Assembly (NCBI GenBank): GCA_020354945.1
Contig: CP070655.1
Location: 752,610-782,542 of the forward strand
Length of the DNA: 29,933 bases
Direction: 5' to 3'
Origin: Candidatus Omnitrophota bacterium
GTDB lineage: Bacteria; Omnitrophota; Gorgyraeia; JABMRG01; JAFGKX01
The translations under genes and the position numbers were made by a program. Below, one piece after another: positions 1-9,216 of the stretch. Every line of letters starts with the position of its first letter. Position 1 is the first letter of the stretch. Under the pieces are notes generated by a model. The model made no database searches and was not told the origin of the DNA. It worked only from the letters and a program-made list of their open reading frames with translations.

Positions 1-446
1 CGCCTTAAACCTTTTTTAACATCAGCATCTAAAAAGAATGTTATATCCGGCGTTGTAGATTTTGTTATGAATCTGTTTAACCTTTCTATATGCTTAATAT
101 CAACCCCTAAGCCGTAACCCTGATAACAGACAGTTGCATCGACAAACCTATCACATATGACTATCGTCTTTTTCTTCAGGGCAGGCAGTACTTTCTCTTC
201 TACCAACTGGGCCCTGGCTGCCATATAAAGCAAAGTCTCAGAAGTGGCAGAAACCCTTTTGCCTGGAGTAAGTAAAATCTCCCTTACCGCCTCTCCAAGC
301 AATGTGCTTCCGGGGTCCCATAGATGCAAGGCCTTAAGTCCTTTCCCCCTTAAGAAAGCTGCGAGCATCTTAGACTGCGTGGACTTACCGCTTCCTTCCG
401 TGCCTTCAAATGTTATGAAAATGCCTTTTTTTAAACCTTTCGCCAT
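1..446 (-). CDS. tmk: Thymidylate kinase (3' end runs off the window; missing from the ORF track)
   Basis: Manual translation from ATG at 446: MAKGLKKGIFITFEGTEGSGKSTQ (P-loop)...ETLLYMAARAQ...IVICDRFVDATVCYQGYG. Overlaps the cysS 3' end by 16 nt. Confidence 0.93.
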   Translation of the reverse strand, partial: MAKGLKKGIFITFEGTEGSGKSTQSKMLAAFLRGKGLKALHLWDPGSTLLGEAVREILLTPGKRVSATSETLLYMAARAQLVEEKVLPALKKKTIVICDRFVDATVCYQGYGLGVDIKHIERLNRFITKSTTPDITFFLDADVKKGLR

Positions 447-1849
447 CTAGTACCTTCCTTTGTATCTTCTAATATAATTCCTAGCTTAAACAATTCTTCT
501 CTTATACTGTCCGATTTCTTGAAATCTTTGGATTTTCTCGCTTCATTTCTTTCTTTTATCTTTTCAGCTATATAAGCTTTAAATTCTGGCTCTACCTCCG
601 CTTTTTTATAAGATAGTCCAAAAATACTACTTAATTTGAGAATAGCACCTTTAGCATATAACAGTATCGCAGGAGATGTTACTTTATTCGCCATAAACAC
701 TATATTAAAAAGCACACTTAAAGCCACCGGCGTATTAAAATTGTCATCCATTGCTTCTATAAATTTCTCTTTTAGCTTATCTATTTTTTTCTTAAATGAA
801 CTATTCTTTTTGGTCTTTAGCCTTCCCTCACTTAGGCTGGGAACAGGTTGGTCTTTGGTCTTTAGTCTCTCAATTTTATCAAACAGCACATAGAATCTTT
901 CTACGGCGCTCTTGCATTCTTCCATTTTCTCCCAGGAAAAATCTACCGGGCTAGAGTAATGGGCCTGAAGATAAAATATCTTTAAGGCATCTGCAGGATA
1001 TTTTTTAAATATATCCTTAATTGTAATAAAATTGCCCAAAGACTTGGCCATCTTCCGTCCGTTAATGGTTAACAGGCCGTGATGTATCCAGTATTTTGCA
1101 AATCGCTTCCCAGCAAAAGCCTCTGACTGAGCAATTTCATTCTCATGGTGAGGAAAGATTAAATCTCTGCCACCCGCATGTATATCAAGTGTATCTGTTT
1201 TTAAGAATTTCTGGCTCATAACAGAGCACTCTATATGCCATCCAGGACGTCCCTTGCCCCAGGGAGAATCCCATGAAGGTTCATTCTCTTTTGATTTTTT
1301 CCATAATGCAAAATCCAAAGGGTCTTGTTTTTCCTCATCTGCCTCAATTCTTGCCCCGGCCTGCATCTGGTCTATGCTCTGGCCTGATAATTTTCCGTAA
1401 CCTTTAAACTTACGAACACTAAAATATACTCCGCTGCCTGTAATATAGGCGTATCCTTTATCGATTAAGCCCGTTATATACCTGACCATATCAGGGATAT
1501 TCTCGGTTGCTCTTGGTTCAGAATCCGCCTTTTCTATGCCTAAATCTTTTAAATTGCCATAATATGCGTCTATGTACTTTGTTACTAACTGCCGCCAATC
1601 TACTTTAAGTTCATTTGCCCGGTTGATAATCTTGTCGTCGATATCTGTAATATTACGCACAAAATTAACTTTAAACTTTCTGTATTTTAGGTATCGCCTG
1701 ATAACATCAAAGATATAGAGGCTCCTGGCATGGCCTATGTGGCATTCATCATATACAGTTACGCCGCAGGTGTATATGTTTACCTGCGGCGGCTTTTGCG
1801 GTTTAAATTCTTCTTTCTTATTTGTAAGCGAATTGTATATCTTCACCAC
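431..1849 (-). CDS. cysS: Cysteine--tRNA ligase
   Basis: CGVTVYD, HIGH, GRPGWHIECS, DLIFPHHENE, KMAKS (KMSKS-like) and AMDDNFNTP motifs. Confidence 0.98.
   Translation of the reverse strand: MVKIYNSLTNKKEEFKPQKPPQVNIYTCGVTVYDECHIGHARSLYIFDVIRRYLKYRKFKVNFVRNITDIDDKIINRANELKVDWRQLVTKYIDAYYGNLKDLGIEKADSEPRATENIPDMVRYITGLIDKGYAYITGSGVYFSVRKFKGYGKLSGQSIDQMQAGARIEADEEKQDPLDFALWKKSKENEPSWDSPWGKGRPGWHIECSVMSQKFLKTDTLDIHAGGRDLIFPHHENEIAQSEAFAGKRFAKYWIHHGLLTINGRKMAKSLGNFITIKDIFKKYPADALKIFYLQAHYSSPVDFSWEKMEECKSAVERFYVLFDKIERLKTKDQPVPSLSEGRLKTKKNSSFKKKIDKLKEKFIEAMDDNFNTPVALSVLFNIVFMANKVTSPAILLYAKGAILKLSSIFGLSYKKAEVEPEFKAYIAEKIKERNEARKSKDFKKSDSIREELFKLGIILEDTKEGTRWRKV
809..867. repeat. In-frame composite insert in cysS: TTTRGTC heptamers around a small palindrome
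   Basis: Plus strand: tttggtc tttagcc [ttccctcacttaggctgggaacagg] ttggtc tttggtc tttagtc. Encodes RLKTKDQPVPSLSEGRLKTK. Confidence 0.75.
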
Positions 1850-1922
1850 CGACTCCGCTAAAAAGAATTAAAAAATACAGTTCCAGCAAAGTTCCCATAA
1901 CAATTTGGACTCATGTGATAAA

Positions 1923-2075
1923 GATTTTGTGTGTTTTGTCGGAGCAGCTGTCAAAAATTGCGAAAACAATGGCGAGAAATGAGCAATTTTTACCACAGCG
2001 AGCAAAAAGTGCCCTTTTGCCGAGGGCAAAAGAATCCTTTTTACGAGCAACAAGCGAAGACAAACACACAAAATC
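1923..2075. repeat. 153-bp nested palindromic (MITE/REPIN-like) element between cysE and cysS
   Basis: Terminal IR gattttgtgtgttttgtc (1923-1940) / gacaaacacacaaaatc (2059-2075). Inner stems aaaaattgc/gcaattttt and cttttgcc-gag-ggcaaaag (2014-2032). Confidence 0.8.
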
Positions 2076-2096
2076 GAGCATTATTGTGAAAATCCT

Positions 2097-2777
2097 CTAT
2101 TGGGACTTTCTTTTTTCCTCTAAACTTTTAATTCTTTTCTCCAAATCCTCCATTGCTTGATTTATCGGATCAAGTACATGGATATGGTCTAATTTAACAT
2201 CGATTTTCTTTCCATCCTGCTTGGTAATCCTCCCTGGTATCCCTACCACTGTAGAGTTTGCCGGCACATCTTTGATTACTACAGCATTTGCGCCTACATA
2301 TGAGTTGTCTCCAATAGTAATATTTCCCAATATTTTGGCTCCGGTACCTATGACTACATTATTTCCTATGTTCGGATGGCGCTTGCCCCTTTGTTTTCCC
2401 GTTCCGCCTAAAGTAACCCCCTGAAATAAAGTAACATTATCTCCCAGCACGGAAGTTTCTCCTATGACTACACCCATGCCATGGTCGATAAAGGAGTCCT
2501 TGCCTATTTTTGCGCCAGGGTGTATCTCAATTCCTGTTATAAACTTAGCAAACTGCGAGATAAATCTTGGAAGAAAAGGGACCTTTAGTTTAAGCAAGCC
2601 ATGGGCTATACGATACATTATAATTGCATGTAAACCGGAATAGGTCAGCAACACCTCTAAAAAGCTGGTAGCTGCCGGGTCTCTTTCAAACGCAGCTTTT
2701 ACTTCGCCTCTAAATGTTATTGCTACTGCTGCTATAAATAATATAACCGCGCCGATGATAATTAGAATTATATTCAT
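2097..2777 (-). CDS. cysE: Serine O-acetyltransferase with an N-terminal hydrophobic extension
   Basis: [46 protein letters not shown]; hexapeptide repeats; SD AGGAG upstream; adjacent to cysS. Confidence 0.95.
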   Translation of the reverse strand: MNIILIIIGAVILFIAAVAITFRGEVKAAFERDPAATSFLEVLLTYSGLHAIIMYRIAHGLLKLKVPFLPRFISQFAKFITGIEIHPGAKIGKDSFIDHGMGVVIGETSVLGDNVTLFQGVTLGGTGKQRGKRHPNIGNNVVIGTGAKILGNITIGDNSYVGANAVVIKDVPANSTVVGIPGRITKQDGKKIDVKLDHIHVLDPINQAMEDLEKRIKSLEEKRKSQ

Positions 2778-2789
2778 CGTGATCTCCTG

Positions 2790-3251
2790 TTATTCTTTCA
2801 ATGCCGCAATTGCATACGCTGCTATTGCCTCAACTTTTCTGGTTCCTTCTTCAGTAGTTGCCTTTATGTTTATTTTATCTGAATTAATTCTTAAAATTTT
2901 AGCTATTATTTCTCTCATTTTACCTTTATAGGGCGCCAGCTTTGGCCTATCTGCTATTATTACTGTATCAATATTGTTCACTGAATATCCCTTTTCATCT
3001 ATCATAGAGAATGTTTGCTCTAGGAGCTTAATGCTGGATATATCTTTAAAACGCTCATCTGCGTCAGGAAAGTGCTCTCCGATATCACCGCAAGCCGCTG
3101 CCCCTAAAAGCGCATCGCATATTGCATGAATAAGCACATCTGCGTCAGAATGCCCTGTTAATCCCTTATCATAGGGAATTTCTACGCTACCGATGACGAG
3201 TTTGCGCCCTTTTACGAGTTTATGCACGTCGTATCCTATCCCTATTCTCAT
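2790..3251 (-). CDS. ispF: 2-C-methyl-D-erythritol 2,4-cyclodiphosphate synthase
   Basis: [44 protein letters not shown]. Confidence 0.97.
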   Translation of the reverse strand: MRIGIGYDVHKLVKGRKLVIGSVEIPYDKGLTGHSDADVLIHAICDALLGAAACGDIGEHFPDADERFKDISSIKLLEQTFSMIDEKGYSVNNIDTVIIADRPKLAPYKGKMREIIAKILRINSDKINIKATTEEGTRKVEAIAAYAIAALKE

Positions 3252-3261
3252 AAAAACTCCA

Positions 3262-3331
3262 TGTCAAGTTGCAAGAATTAAGGATTAAGAATTAAGTTTT
3301 TCTTAATCCTTACCGCTTAATCCTTAATCCT
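3262..3331. repeat. Inverted heptamer-repeat hairpin (RATTAAG)n/(CTTAATC)n
   Basis: tgtcaag ttgcaag aattaag gattaag aattaag ttttt cttaatc cttaccg cttaatc cttaatc. Includes the ispD stop codon. Confidence 0.85.
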
Positions 3332-4009
3332 AAGCAGTGCCGCAGCTATCCTCAGGTCTTCTTTCGTCGTTATCTTTATATTAGAGTAGTCGCCTTGAAT
3401 AACCTTAACCTTGCCTCCGCAAGCCTCTACTAATGACGCGTCGTCTTTAAATTTCCAGGCCTTATTGCCTAATTTTGCATAGGCTTTAACTAACACCTTT
3501 TTATCAAAAACCTGGGGGGTTTGTGCTTCCCACAAGCTACTGCGCTCGGGTGTAGATAATATATACTTATTTTTTAAATTTATATTTTTTATCGTTGCCT
3601 TGGCAGGAACTGCCGCCAGAGAATTAATTCCTTTTCGCGCCGAGTGAACACATCTCTTTATAAGGGCCTGTTTCAACAGCGGCCTTGCCACATCGTGTAT
3701 TAAAACAATATCTGAATTTCTGCAAGCACATAACCCATTATATACGGAACGCGCCCGTGTTGAACCGCCCATTACTATTGTGCTTAGTTTTTTATAGCTT
3801 TCTTTCTTAAGGGGCCCTTTGGTTTTCTTTAAACAACTTCTGGCTACAACAAGCACTACGGAATCTATCAAGTTCGATTTCTCAAATACATCAAGAGAAT
3901 AAAATAGAAGGGGTCTGCCTGCGATTTTTACAAAAGGCTTCGGCATTGCGAAGCCCATCCTTTTACCTGAACCGCCTGCCGCTATTATCGCCGTTACTTT
4001 CTTTTTCAC
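3317..4009 (-). CDS. ispD: 2-C-methyl-D-erythritol 4-phosphate cytidylyltransferase
   Basis: AAGGSGKRMG, GGSTRARSV, VLIHDVARP, AQTPQVF, NIKITTKEDL. Start moved to GTG at 4009 (SD-like AAGGTGAG upstream); the ORF-track extension lies in a palindrome. Confidence 0.95.
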   Translation of the reverse strand: MKKKVTAIIAAGGSGKRMGFAMPKPFVKIAGRPLLFYSLDVFEKSNLIDSVVLVVARSCLKKTKGPLKKESYKKLSTIVMGGSTRARSVYNGLCACRNSDIVLIHDVARPLLKQALIKRCVHSARKGINSLAAVPAKATIKNINLKNKYILSTPERSSLWEAQTPQVFDKKVLVKAYAKLGNKAWKFKDDASLVEACGGKVKVIQGDYSNIKITTKEDLRIAAALLRIKD

Positions 4010-4025
4010 TACACACTCACCTTTT

Positions 4026-4233
4026 AAAGTGTAGCAGCCACCTATGAGCAGCAATAGCATTTTTTAGCATTTTGCGAACGAGACTGAGCGAGCCCCGAAG
4101 GTTCGGGGTGAGCGAAGGAAATTTTGTGTTTGAGCCCGAACACATCGTAAGATGTGAGGGCGAGTTAAAATTTCTCGAAGTGGGCAAAATGCGTAAAAAA
4201 ATGCGTGCTGCGAATAAGTGACTGCTACACTTT
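4026..4233. repeat. 208-bp nested palindromic (MITE/REPIN-like) element between yacL and ispD
   Basis: TIR aaagtgtagcagccacctat (4026-4045) / ataagtgactgctacacttt (4214-4233), 18/20. Stem continues gcagca/tgctgc and gcattttgc/gcaaaatgc. Inner hairpins ccccgaaggttcgggg (4093-4108) and cacatc-gtaa-gatgtg (4141-4156). Confidence 0.88.
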
Positions 4234-5262
4234 CTATCTTCTATCTCTGGGATAGTATGCGTTTGCGACTTTGGCGAATATCATCCTGCCGGCTGCTGTC
4301 TGCAAAATGCTGGTCACTGTTACTCTTTTGGTCTGGCCTATAAGTTGCCTCCCGCCCTCAACCACTATCATTGTTCCGTCATCTAAATAACCGACGCCTT
4401 GATTTTGCTCTTTTCCTTCCTTTACGATTTTCACTTCCACTATCTCGCCGGGGAGCATAACCGGCTTTAATGCATTAGCAAGCTCATTTATGTTAAGTAC
4501 TGCAACTCCCTGTAACTCTGCTACCTTATTAAGATTATAATCGTTAGTGAATATCCTGGCATTTATTGCCTTTGCCAATTTTACCAGTTTCGCATCTACC
4601 TCATGGATATCCGGAAAATCTTCCTCGTGTATTTTAATATCGATGTGAGGGCTTTTTTGCATTTTGTTAAGTACGTCTAACCCTCGACGCCCGCGGTTTC
4701 GCTTTAATGCATCTTGGGAATCTGCAATTTGTTGCAACTCTTTTAGCACAAATCTCGGTATTATAAATCTGCCCTGTATAAATTTGCTATCGCATATATC
4801 TGAGATTCTTCCGTCTATAATCACGCTTGTATCTAATACGGTTATTTCCTCGCCTCTGTCTTGTCTTGCAAATTTGATATAAGGGATAACCAAACTGAAT
4901 TCGTCTTTACCCCTTATGGCTATAGTCATACCTAAATAACAGAATATCAATGTCAACACTACCTGCATTATTAATGCTATTGTTTCATTGATCTGATTGA
5001 TAGACTTTAATATAAAAGAATCGGCTAAAAGTTTTGCCAGAAGCAAGCCAAATAAAAGGCCAAAAACTCCTGCCGTAAGACCCCTTATGGATATCCTCCT
5101 CAGGCTAAATTCAGCAAGAATGATAACTGCCGCGATTAAAAATCCTCCCACCAATCCCATGAAAGGCCAATATCGATTAAATGCCTCAAACATAAGTCCT
5201 ACCTGATAACCAACTACGGTACTTAAAACTATAAAAAATATCCGTATAAAAAATAAGGTCAT
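4234..5262 (-). CDS. yacL: Membrane PIN/TRAM domain protein (YacL-like)
   Basis: N-terminal TM helices; [54 protein letters not shown]; sits between radA and ispD as in Bacillus. Confidence 0.92.
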   Translation of the reverse strand: MTLFFIRIFFIVLSTVVGYQVGLMFEAFNRYWPFMGLVGGFLIAAVIILAEFSLRRISIRGLTAGVFGLLFGLLLAKLLADSFILKSINQINETIALIMQVVLTLIFCYLGMTIAIRGKDEFSLVIPYIKFARQDRGEEITVLDTSVIIDGRISDICDSKFIQGRFIIPRFVLKELQQIADSQDALKRNRGRRGLDVLNKMQKSPHIDIKIHEEDFPDIHEVDAKLVKLAKAINARIFTNDYNLNKVAELQGVAVLNINELANALKPVMLPGEIVEVKIVKEGKEQNQGVGYLDDGTMIVVEGGRQLIGQTKRVTVTSILQTAAGRMIFAKVANAYYPRDRR

Positions 5263-5285
5263 ATTATATGCACTCCTTTCTCGTG

Positions 5286-5389
5286 ATAAAATTAAAAATT
5301 AAAAATGTAAAATTCCAATTCAAAATTAAAAATTTTTTACTATTTTGAATTTTACATTGTAATTTTAAATTTTGCATTTTAAACCTTGA
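5286..5389. repeat. AT-rich inverted heptamer-repeat hairpin (NNAAAAT)n/(ATTTTNN)n
   Basis: ataaaat taaaaat taaaaat gtaaaat ... caaaatt ... attttga attttac ... attttaa attttgc attttaa. Confidence 0.8.
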
Positions 5390-5399
5390 ACTAACGCTG

Positions 5400-6764
5400 C
5401 TATCTCAATGCTATCTCTACTGCATCTTTTATATTTTCGACTCCTAAAAGTTCTATAGAGCTAGCGCTTGTGATGTGTTTAATGTCCGAATTATGCAAAA
5501 TACACTTTTTGAAACCCAAGCGAACTGCTTCGTTAATCCTTAACTGGGTCTGTCCGACACTGCGTATCTCTCCGCCCAAACCAACTTCTCCTATAAATAT
5601 GGCGTCATTGCTTACAGGTCTATTTTTAAAACTCGAAGCAATAGCAAGGCATACTGCTAAATCACAACCAGGCTCAATTACCTTTATCCCGCCGGCTACA
5701 TTAACGAATACGTCATAATTTGCTAAATTTAAATTTAGCCTTTTTTCCAACACGGCTATTAATAGCAACAGCCTGTTTAAATCAACCCCTATGGCCCGCT
5801 GTCTGCTCATACTAAAATTAGATGGTGTCACCAGGGCCTGGATTTCAACTAAGATGGATCTGGTTCCTTCCATTGTAGGGACAACCGCACTGCCGGATAT
5901 ACTTTTGCTATGAGTGTTGATGAGAAAAATTTCAGAAGGATTTGCCACTTCTATCAATCCTTTCTGTGTCATATGAAATACCCCTATTTCATTGGTAGGG
6001 CCAAATCTGTTTTTTACACTCCTTAAAATCCTGAAAGCCATCTGGTTCTGCCCTTCAAAATATATTACGCAATCGACCATATGCTCTAAAATTTTCGGTC
6101 CGGCTATCGCGCCCTCTTTTGTCACATGGCCTACTATAAATAAAGAAAAACCTTTATACTTAGCTAATACTGTTAAAGCGCCCGAGCATTCTTTTATCTG
6201 GGTAACGCTCCCCGGGCTTTGTGAAAAGTCTCTATTATATAAAACCTGGATCGAATCTATAACAACTACCTCGGGGTTAAGTTTTTCAATATGTTCTGCA
6301 ATAGATGAGACTTCGGTGTCATTAATTATATATAAATTATCGGATGTAATGCTTAGTCTATCCGCTCGCAGTTTAGTCTGAGCTATTGATTCTTCTCCGT
6401 TTACATACAGCACTCTTTTGCTCTTAGCTAAAATGCCGGAGACCTGAAGTAACAAAGTAGATTTACCGATGCCTGGTTCACCGCCGATTAAAATAACGGA
6501 GCCTGCGACTATCCCCCCGCCTAATACCCTGTCTAATTCTTTAATGTTTGTATTTGTTCTTATGAAATCGCCTGATTTTATATCTGTAAGTTTCTTAGGT
6601 GGGCCGGAAGGAACCCTTCTTACATCTTTGCCTTCTTCGATAATGTCCTGTAATCTCTCTTCAACCAAAGTATTCCATTTCTGGCAATTTGGACATCGGC
6701 CTAACCACTTAGGGCTCTGGTAGCCGCAGTTCTGACATATGAATATAGTCTTCGTAGTAACCAT
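5400..6764 (-). CDS. radA: DNA repair protein RadA/Sms
   Basis: N-terminal CQNC..CPNC zinc finger, GGEPGIGKST, KNRFG motif, Lon-like C-terminal domain. Confidence 0.98.
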   Translation of the reverse strand: MVTTKTIFICQNCGYQSPKWLGRCPNCQKWNTLVEERLQDIIEEGKDVRRVPSGPPKKLTDIKSGDFIRTNTNIKELDRVLGGGIVAGSVILIGGEPGIGKSTLLLQVSGILAKSKRVLYVNGEESIAQTKLRADRLSITSDNLYIINDTEVSSIAEHIEKLNPEVVVIDSIQVLYNRDFSQSPGSVTQIKECSGALTVLAKYKGFSLFIVGHVTKEGAIAGPKILEHMVDCVIYFEGQNQMAFRILRSVKNRFGPTNEIGVFHMTQKGLIEVANPSEIFLINTHSKSISGSAVVPTMEGTRSILVEIQALVTPSNFSMSRQRAIGVDLNRLLLLIAVLEKRLNLNLANYDVFVNVAGGIKVIEPGCDLAVCLAIASSFKNRPVSNDAIFIGEVGLGGEIRSVGQTQLRINEAVRLGFKKCILHNSDIKHITSASSIELLGVENIKDAVEIALR

Positions 6765-6767
6765 ATT

Positions 6768-6823
6768 TGTCAGTTGTCAGTCATCAGTTTTCAGTCTTCA
6801 GTAACTGATAACTGAAAACCGAC
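6768..6823. repeat. Inverted heptamer hairpin, TCAG family
   Basis: gtcagtt gtcagtc atcagtt ttcagtc ttcagta actgata actgaaa accgac. Confidence 0.9.
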
Positions 6824-6825
6824 CT

Positions 6826-7500
6826 TCACATTCTGCTTCTTGATGTTTTCTTCGCCTTGCTTTCTTTCGGCTTCTGCAGCAGCTTCCAAGGATGGCGCTT
6901 TATATCCTCTACCATCTCTTTTATACCAGCTGTTATCTCTTCCATGTCTTTGTATATCTTATCCTCCAGAAGCAGCTTGCCTACCGTTCCTTCTTTAGCT
7001 TTAACTTTTTCCAACACATAATTTACAGAGTCTATCATCTTTTCAAGCTTAAGGACTACATCATATCCTTTCTGGGTCATTTTCTGCATAGATATAGAAT
7101 CAAAACCAGCAATGGTACTTTTATCTTTTAGCAGTGGGTTTCCAGCAGTGCCGGGTACTATCTCCACATATTTTTCTCCTATCAGTCCAAGGGTATTAAT
7201 AAGAACAGTAGCATCCTTTTCAACTTTAGCTTCCTTAGTAAGCCATAATAATAATTCAACTTTAGTCTGGTTAGTCTCAGGGTCTTGAAATATTCTGGTT
7301 GCTTTTACTTCACCGACTTCTACACCGGCTAATCTAACCGGTGCTCCTTCCTGAACCCCGTCAGCGAAATTCATCGATACCTTTATATTGTAACCAGGCT
7401 CAAATAAAAAATCTCCTATCGAGAAGACCACATAGACGAGTAATATAATACCTATAAAAATAAATATGCCTATTTTTAGTTCAAAACTTGCCGGTTTCAT
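6826..7500 (-). CDS. mlaD: MCE/MlaD family protein
   Basis: N-terminal TM; GAPVRLAGVEVGEV and GLIGEKYVEIVPG MCE signatures; downstream of mlaEF. Confidence 0.9.
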   Translation of the reverse strand: MKPASFELKIGIFIFIGIILLVYVVFSIGDFLFEPGYNIKVSMNFADGVQEGAPVRLAGVEVGEVKATRIFQDPETNQTKVELLLWLTKEAKVEKDATVLINTLGLIGEKYVEIVPGTAGNPLLKDKSTIAGFDSISMQKMTQKGYDVVLKLEKMIDSVNYVLEKVKAKEGTVGKLLLEDKIYKDMEEITAGIKEMVEDIKRHPWKLLQKPKESKAKKTSRSRM

Positions 7501-7521
7501 GTTTTCTCTCCTTGTATAATA

Positions 7522-7600
7522 TGTAGTTTGTGGTTAGTAGTTGGTAGTTTTGCTAAAAATGAACAGCGCCCATTTTCTATATCTACAAACAACAAACTAC
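7522..7600. repeat. Inverted heptamer hairpin (GTAGTTT)n/(AAACTAC)n
   Basis: tgtagtt tgtggtt agtagtt ggtagtt ... tctacaa acaacaa actac. Inner aaaatg/catttt stem; includes the mlaF stop. Confidence 0.75.
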
Positions 7601-8355
7601 TCATTTGTTTCCCTGCTGGTGATAGGGCCTTCTGCTGCGCCCGTTATAAACTGTTTTACTACCGGATTGGTTGTATTCTTAATCTTTTCAGGCGCGCTTG
7701 TTTCAATTATTTTACCGTCGTATAACATAGAGATTTTATCGCCAACTTTATAGGCACTTACCATATCATGAGTAACAACTATAGATGTCACTTTTAATTT
7801 GTCGTGTAAATCTTTTATAAGATCATTTATGGCATCTGCCAATATAGGGTCAACTCCGGTTGTAGGTTCATCGTACAATATAAGCTTTGGGCTCATGCAT
7901 ATAGCTCTGGCTAACCCTACTCTTTTTTTCATGCCCCCCGAAAGCTCCGCAGGTCTTAAATCTTCTATACCTTTTAAGCCCACCAAAGCCATTGACTCCT
8001 TTACTCTCCTTGCTATTGTTTGCGAATCGAGGTCTGTATGTTCAATTAAATTAAATCCAACATTTTCATATACTGTAAGCGAATCAAACAAAGCCGCACC
8101 TTGAAAAATCATGCCAAAGTTTAGTCTCAATTTATTCAATTCTTTAGCAGAAAGCTTGCTAACATCCTGGCCATCTACAATAACCTGGCCTGAATCAGGT
8201 TTTAGAATACCTATTATATGCTTAAGCAATACACTCTTGCCGCAACCAGAACGTCCTATTACCACCGTAGTAATTCCATCTTCTATATTCAGATTCATGT
8301 TTTTTAATACGTGGTTGTCTCCAAAAGATTTGTTTAGGTTGATTATTTGTATCAT
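7597..8355 (-). CDS. mlaF: ABC ATPase, MlaF/Mkl family
   Basis: GRSGCGKS, FQGAALFDSLTVYENV, LSGGMKKRVGLARA, YDEPTTG, VTHDM. Confidence 0.93.
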   Translation of the reverse strand: MIQIINLNKSFGDNHVLKNMNLNIEDGITTVVIGRSGCGKSVLLKHIIGILKPDSGQVIVDGQDVSKLSAKELNKLRLNFGMIFQGAALFDSLTVYENVGFNLIEHTDLDSQTIARRVKESMALVGLKGIEDLRPAELSGGMKKRVGLARAICMSPKLILYDEPTTGVDPILADAINDLIKDLHDKLKVTSIVVTHDMVSAYKVGDKISMLYDGKIIETSAPEKIKNTTNPVVKQFITGAAEGPITSRETNE

Positions 8356-8357
8356 GT

Positions 8358-8424
8358 GTCAGTCGTCAGTCATCAGTCGTCAGCCTTCAGTAACTGATAA
8401 CTGAAAACTGATAACTGATAACTG
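8358..8424. repeat. Inverted heptamer hairpin, TCAG family
   Basis: gtcagtc gtcagtc atcagtc gtcagcc ttcagta actgata actgaaa actgata actgata actg. Confidence 0.92.
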
Positions 8425-8428
8425 CCCC

Positions 8429-9214
8429 TTACCTTCCTATAAAATAAAACAGCGCGGTAAAGAAACAATCTGCTGCGATAATTAAAATAAATGCTATCAC
8501 AACACTTGATGTGGTAGAACGGCCAACTCCTTCTGCTCCCCCTGTGGTTCTAAAGCCCTCGTGACAACCTATAATAGATATTATAATGGCAAATACTCCG
8601 CTTTTAAATAAGCCGGTAAAGACATCCTTTAGCTGCAATGGATTAGTGGTCATATTCATATATATGCTCGGGCTTAAATTAAGTTTAAATACTCCGACAA
8701 TATACCCTCCGAAGATACCTATGCAATCAGCGTATAAAGTAAGCAACGGCAACATAATCAATAATGCCAAAAACCTGGGAACTACAAGATATTTAACCGG
8801 ATTGGCAGCAAGGGTCTCCAAAGCATCAATTTGCTCGGTAACCTTCATAGTTCCTAATTCTGCTGTTATAGAAGCGCCTACTCTTCCCGCAACTACCAGT
8901 CCTGTTAATACCGGGCCCAGTTCTCTTGTTATAGATAAAGCCACCAGGCTTGCAATATATATCTGAGCGGATATCCTTTGCATTTGATAGGCGCTTTGCA
9001 GGGCCAGTACCATCCCAGTAAACAGGCTGGTCAAAAACACTATCGGCAAAGAGTCTACGCCTGTTTTCCGCATCTGTTGCAATATATGTCTAACTTTAAG
9101 CGGGGGAGTGAAAGCCACGAGTAGTGTTTTAATAAATAATAAAGTCGCTCCTCCTATGTAAAGGAATAGATTCTGAAATCTCATCCCTATAGTTTTGGTG
9201 ATGTTGTGGTTCAT
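8429..9214 (-). CDS. mlaE: MlaE family ABC permease
   Basis: RELGPVLTGLVVAGRVGASITAELGTMKVTEQIDAL, YLVVPR, GGAEGVGRSTT. Confidence 0.95.
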   Translation of the reverse strand: MNHNITKTIGMRFQNLFLYIGGATLLFIKTLLVAFTPPLKVRHILQQMRKTGVDSLPIVFLTSLFTGMVLALQSAYQMQRISAQIYIASLVALSITRELGPVLTGLVVAGRVGASITAELGTMKVTEQIDALETLAANPVKYLVVPRFLALLIMLPLLTLYADCIGIFGGYIVGVFKLNLSPSIYMNMTTNPLQLKDVFTGLFKSGVFAIIISIIGCHEGFRTTGGAEGVGRSTTSSVVIAFILIIAADCFFTALFYFIGR

Positions 9215-9216
9215 TT

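Noticed and set aside
1850-2096. T-box riboswitch for cysS
   Set aside because: No GGTGGNACC T-box motif or terminator on the minus strand. The region is explained by the palindromic element.
1868-2160. Short ORFs 1868..2071 (-) and 1915..2160 (+)
   Set aside because: They lie over the palindrome and have no recognisable motifs. They look like artefacts of stop-poor repeat DNA.
4010-4060. ORF-track N-terminal extension of IspD (MLLLLIGGC..., lipoprotein-like)
   Set aside because: It is largely translated from the element's terminal repeat. A GTG with an SD at 4009 gives a normal IspD.
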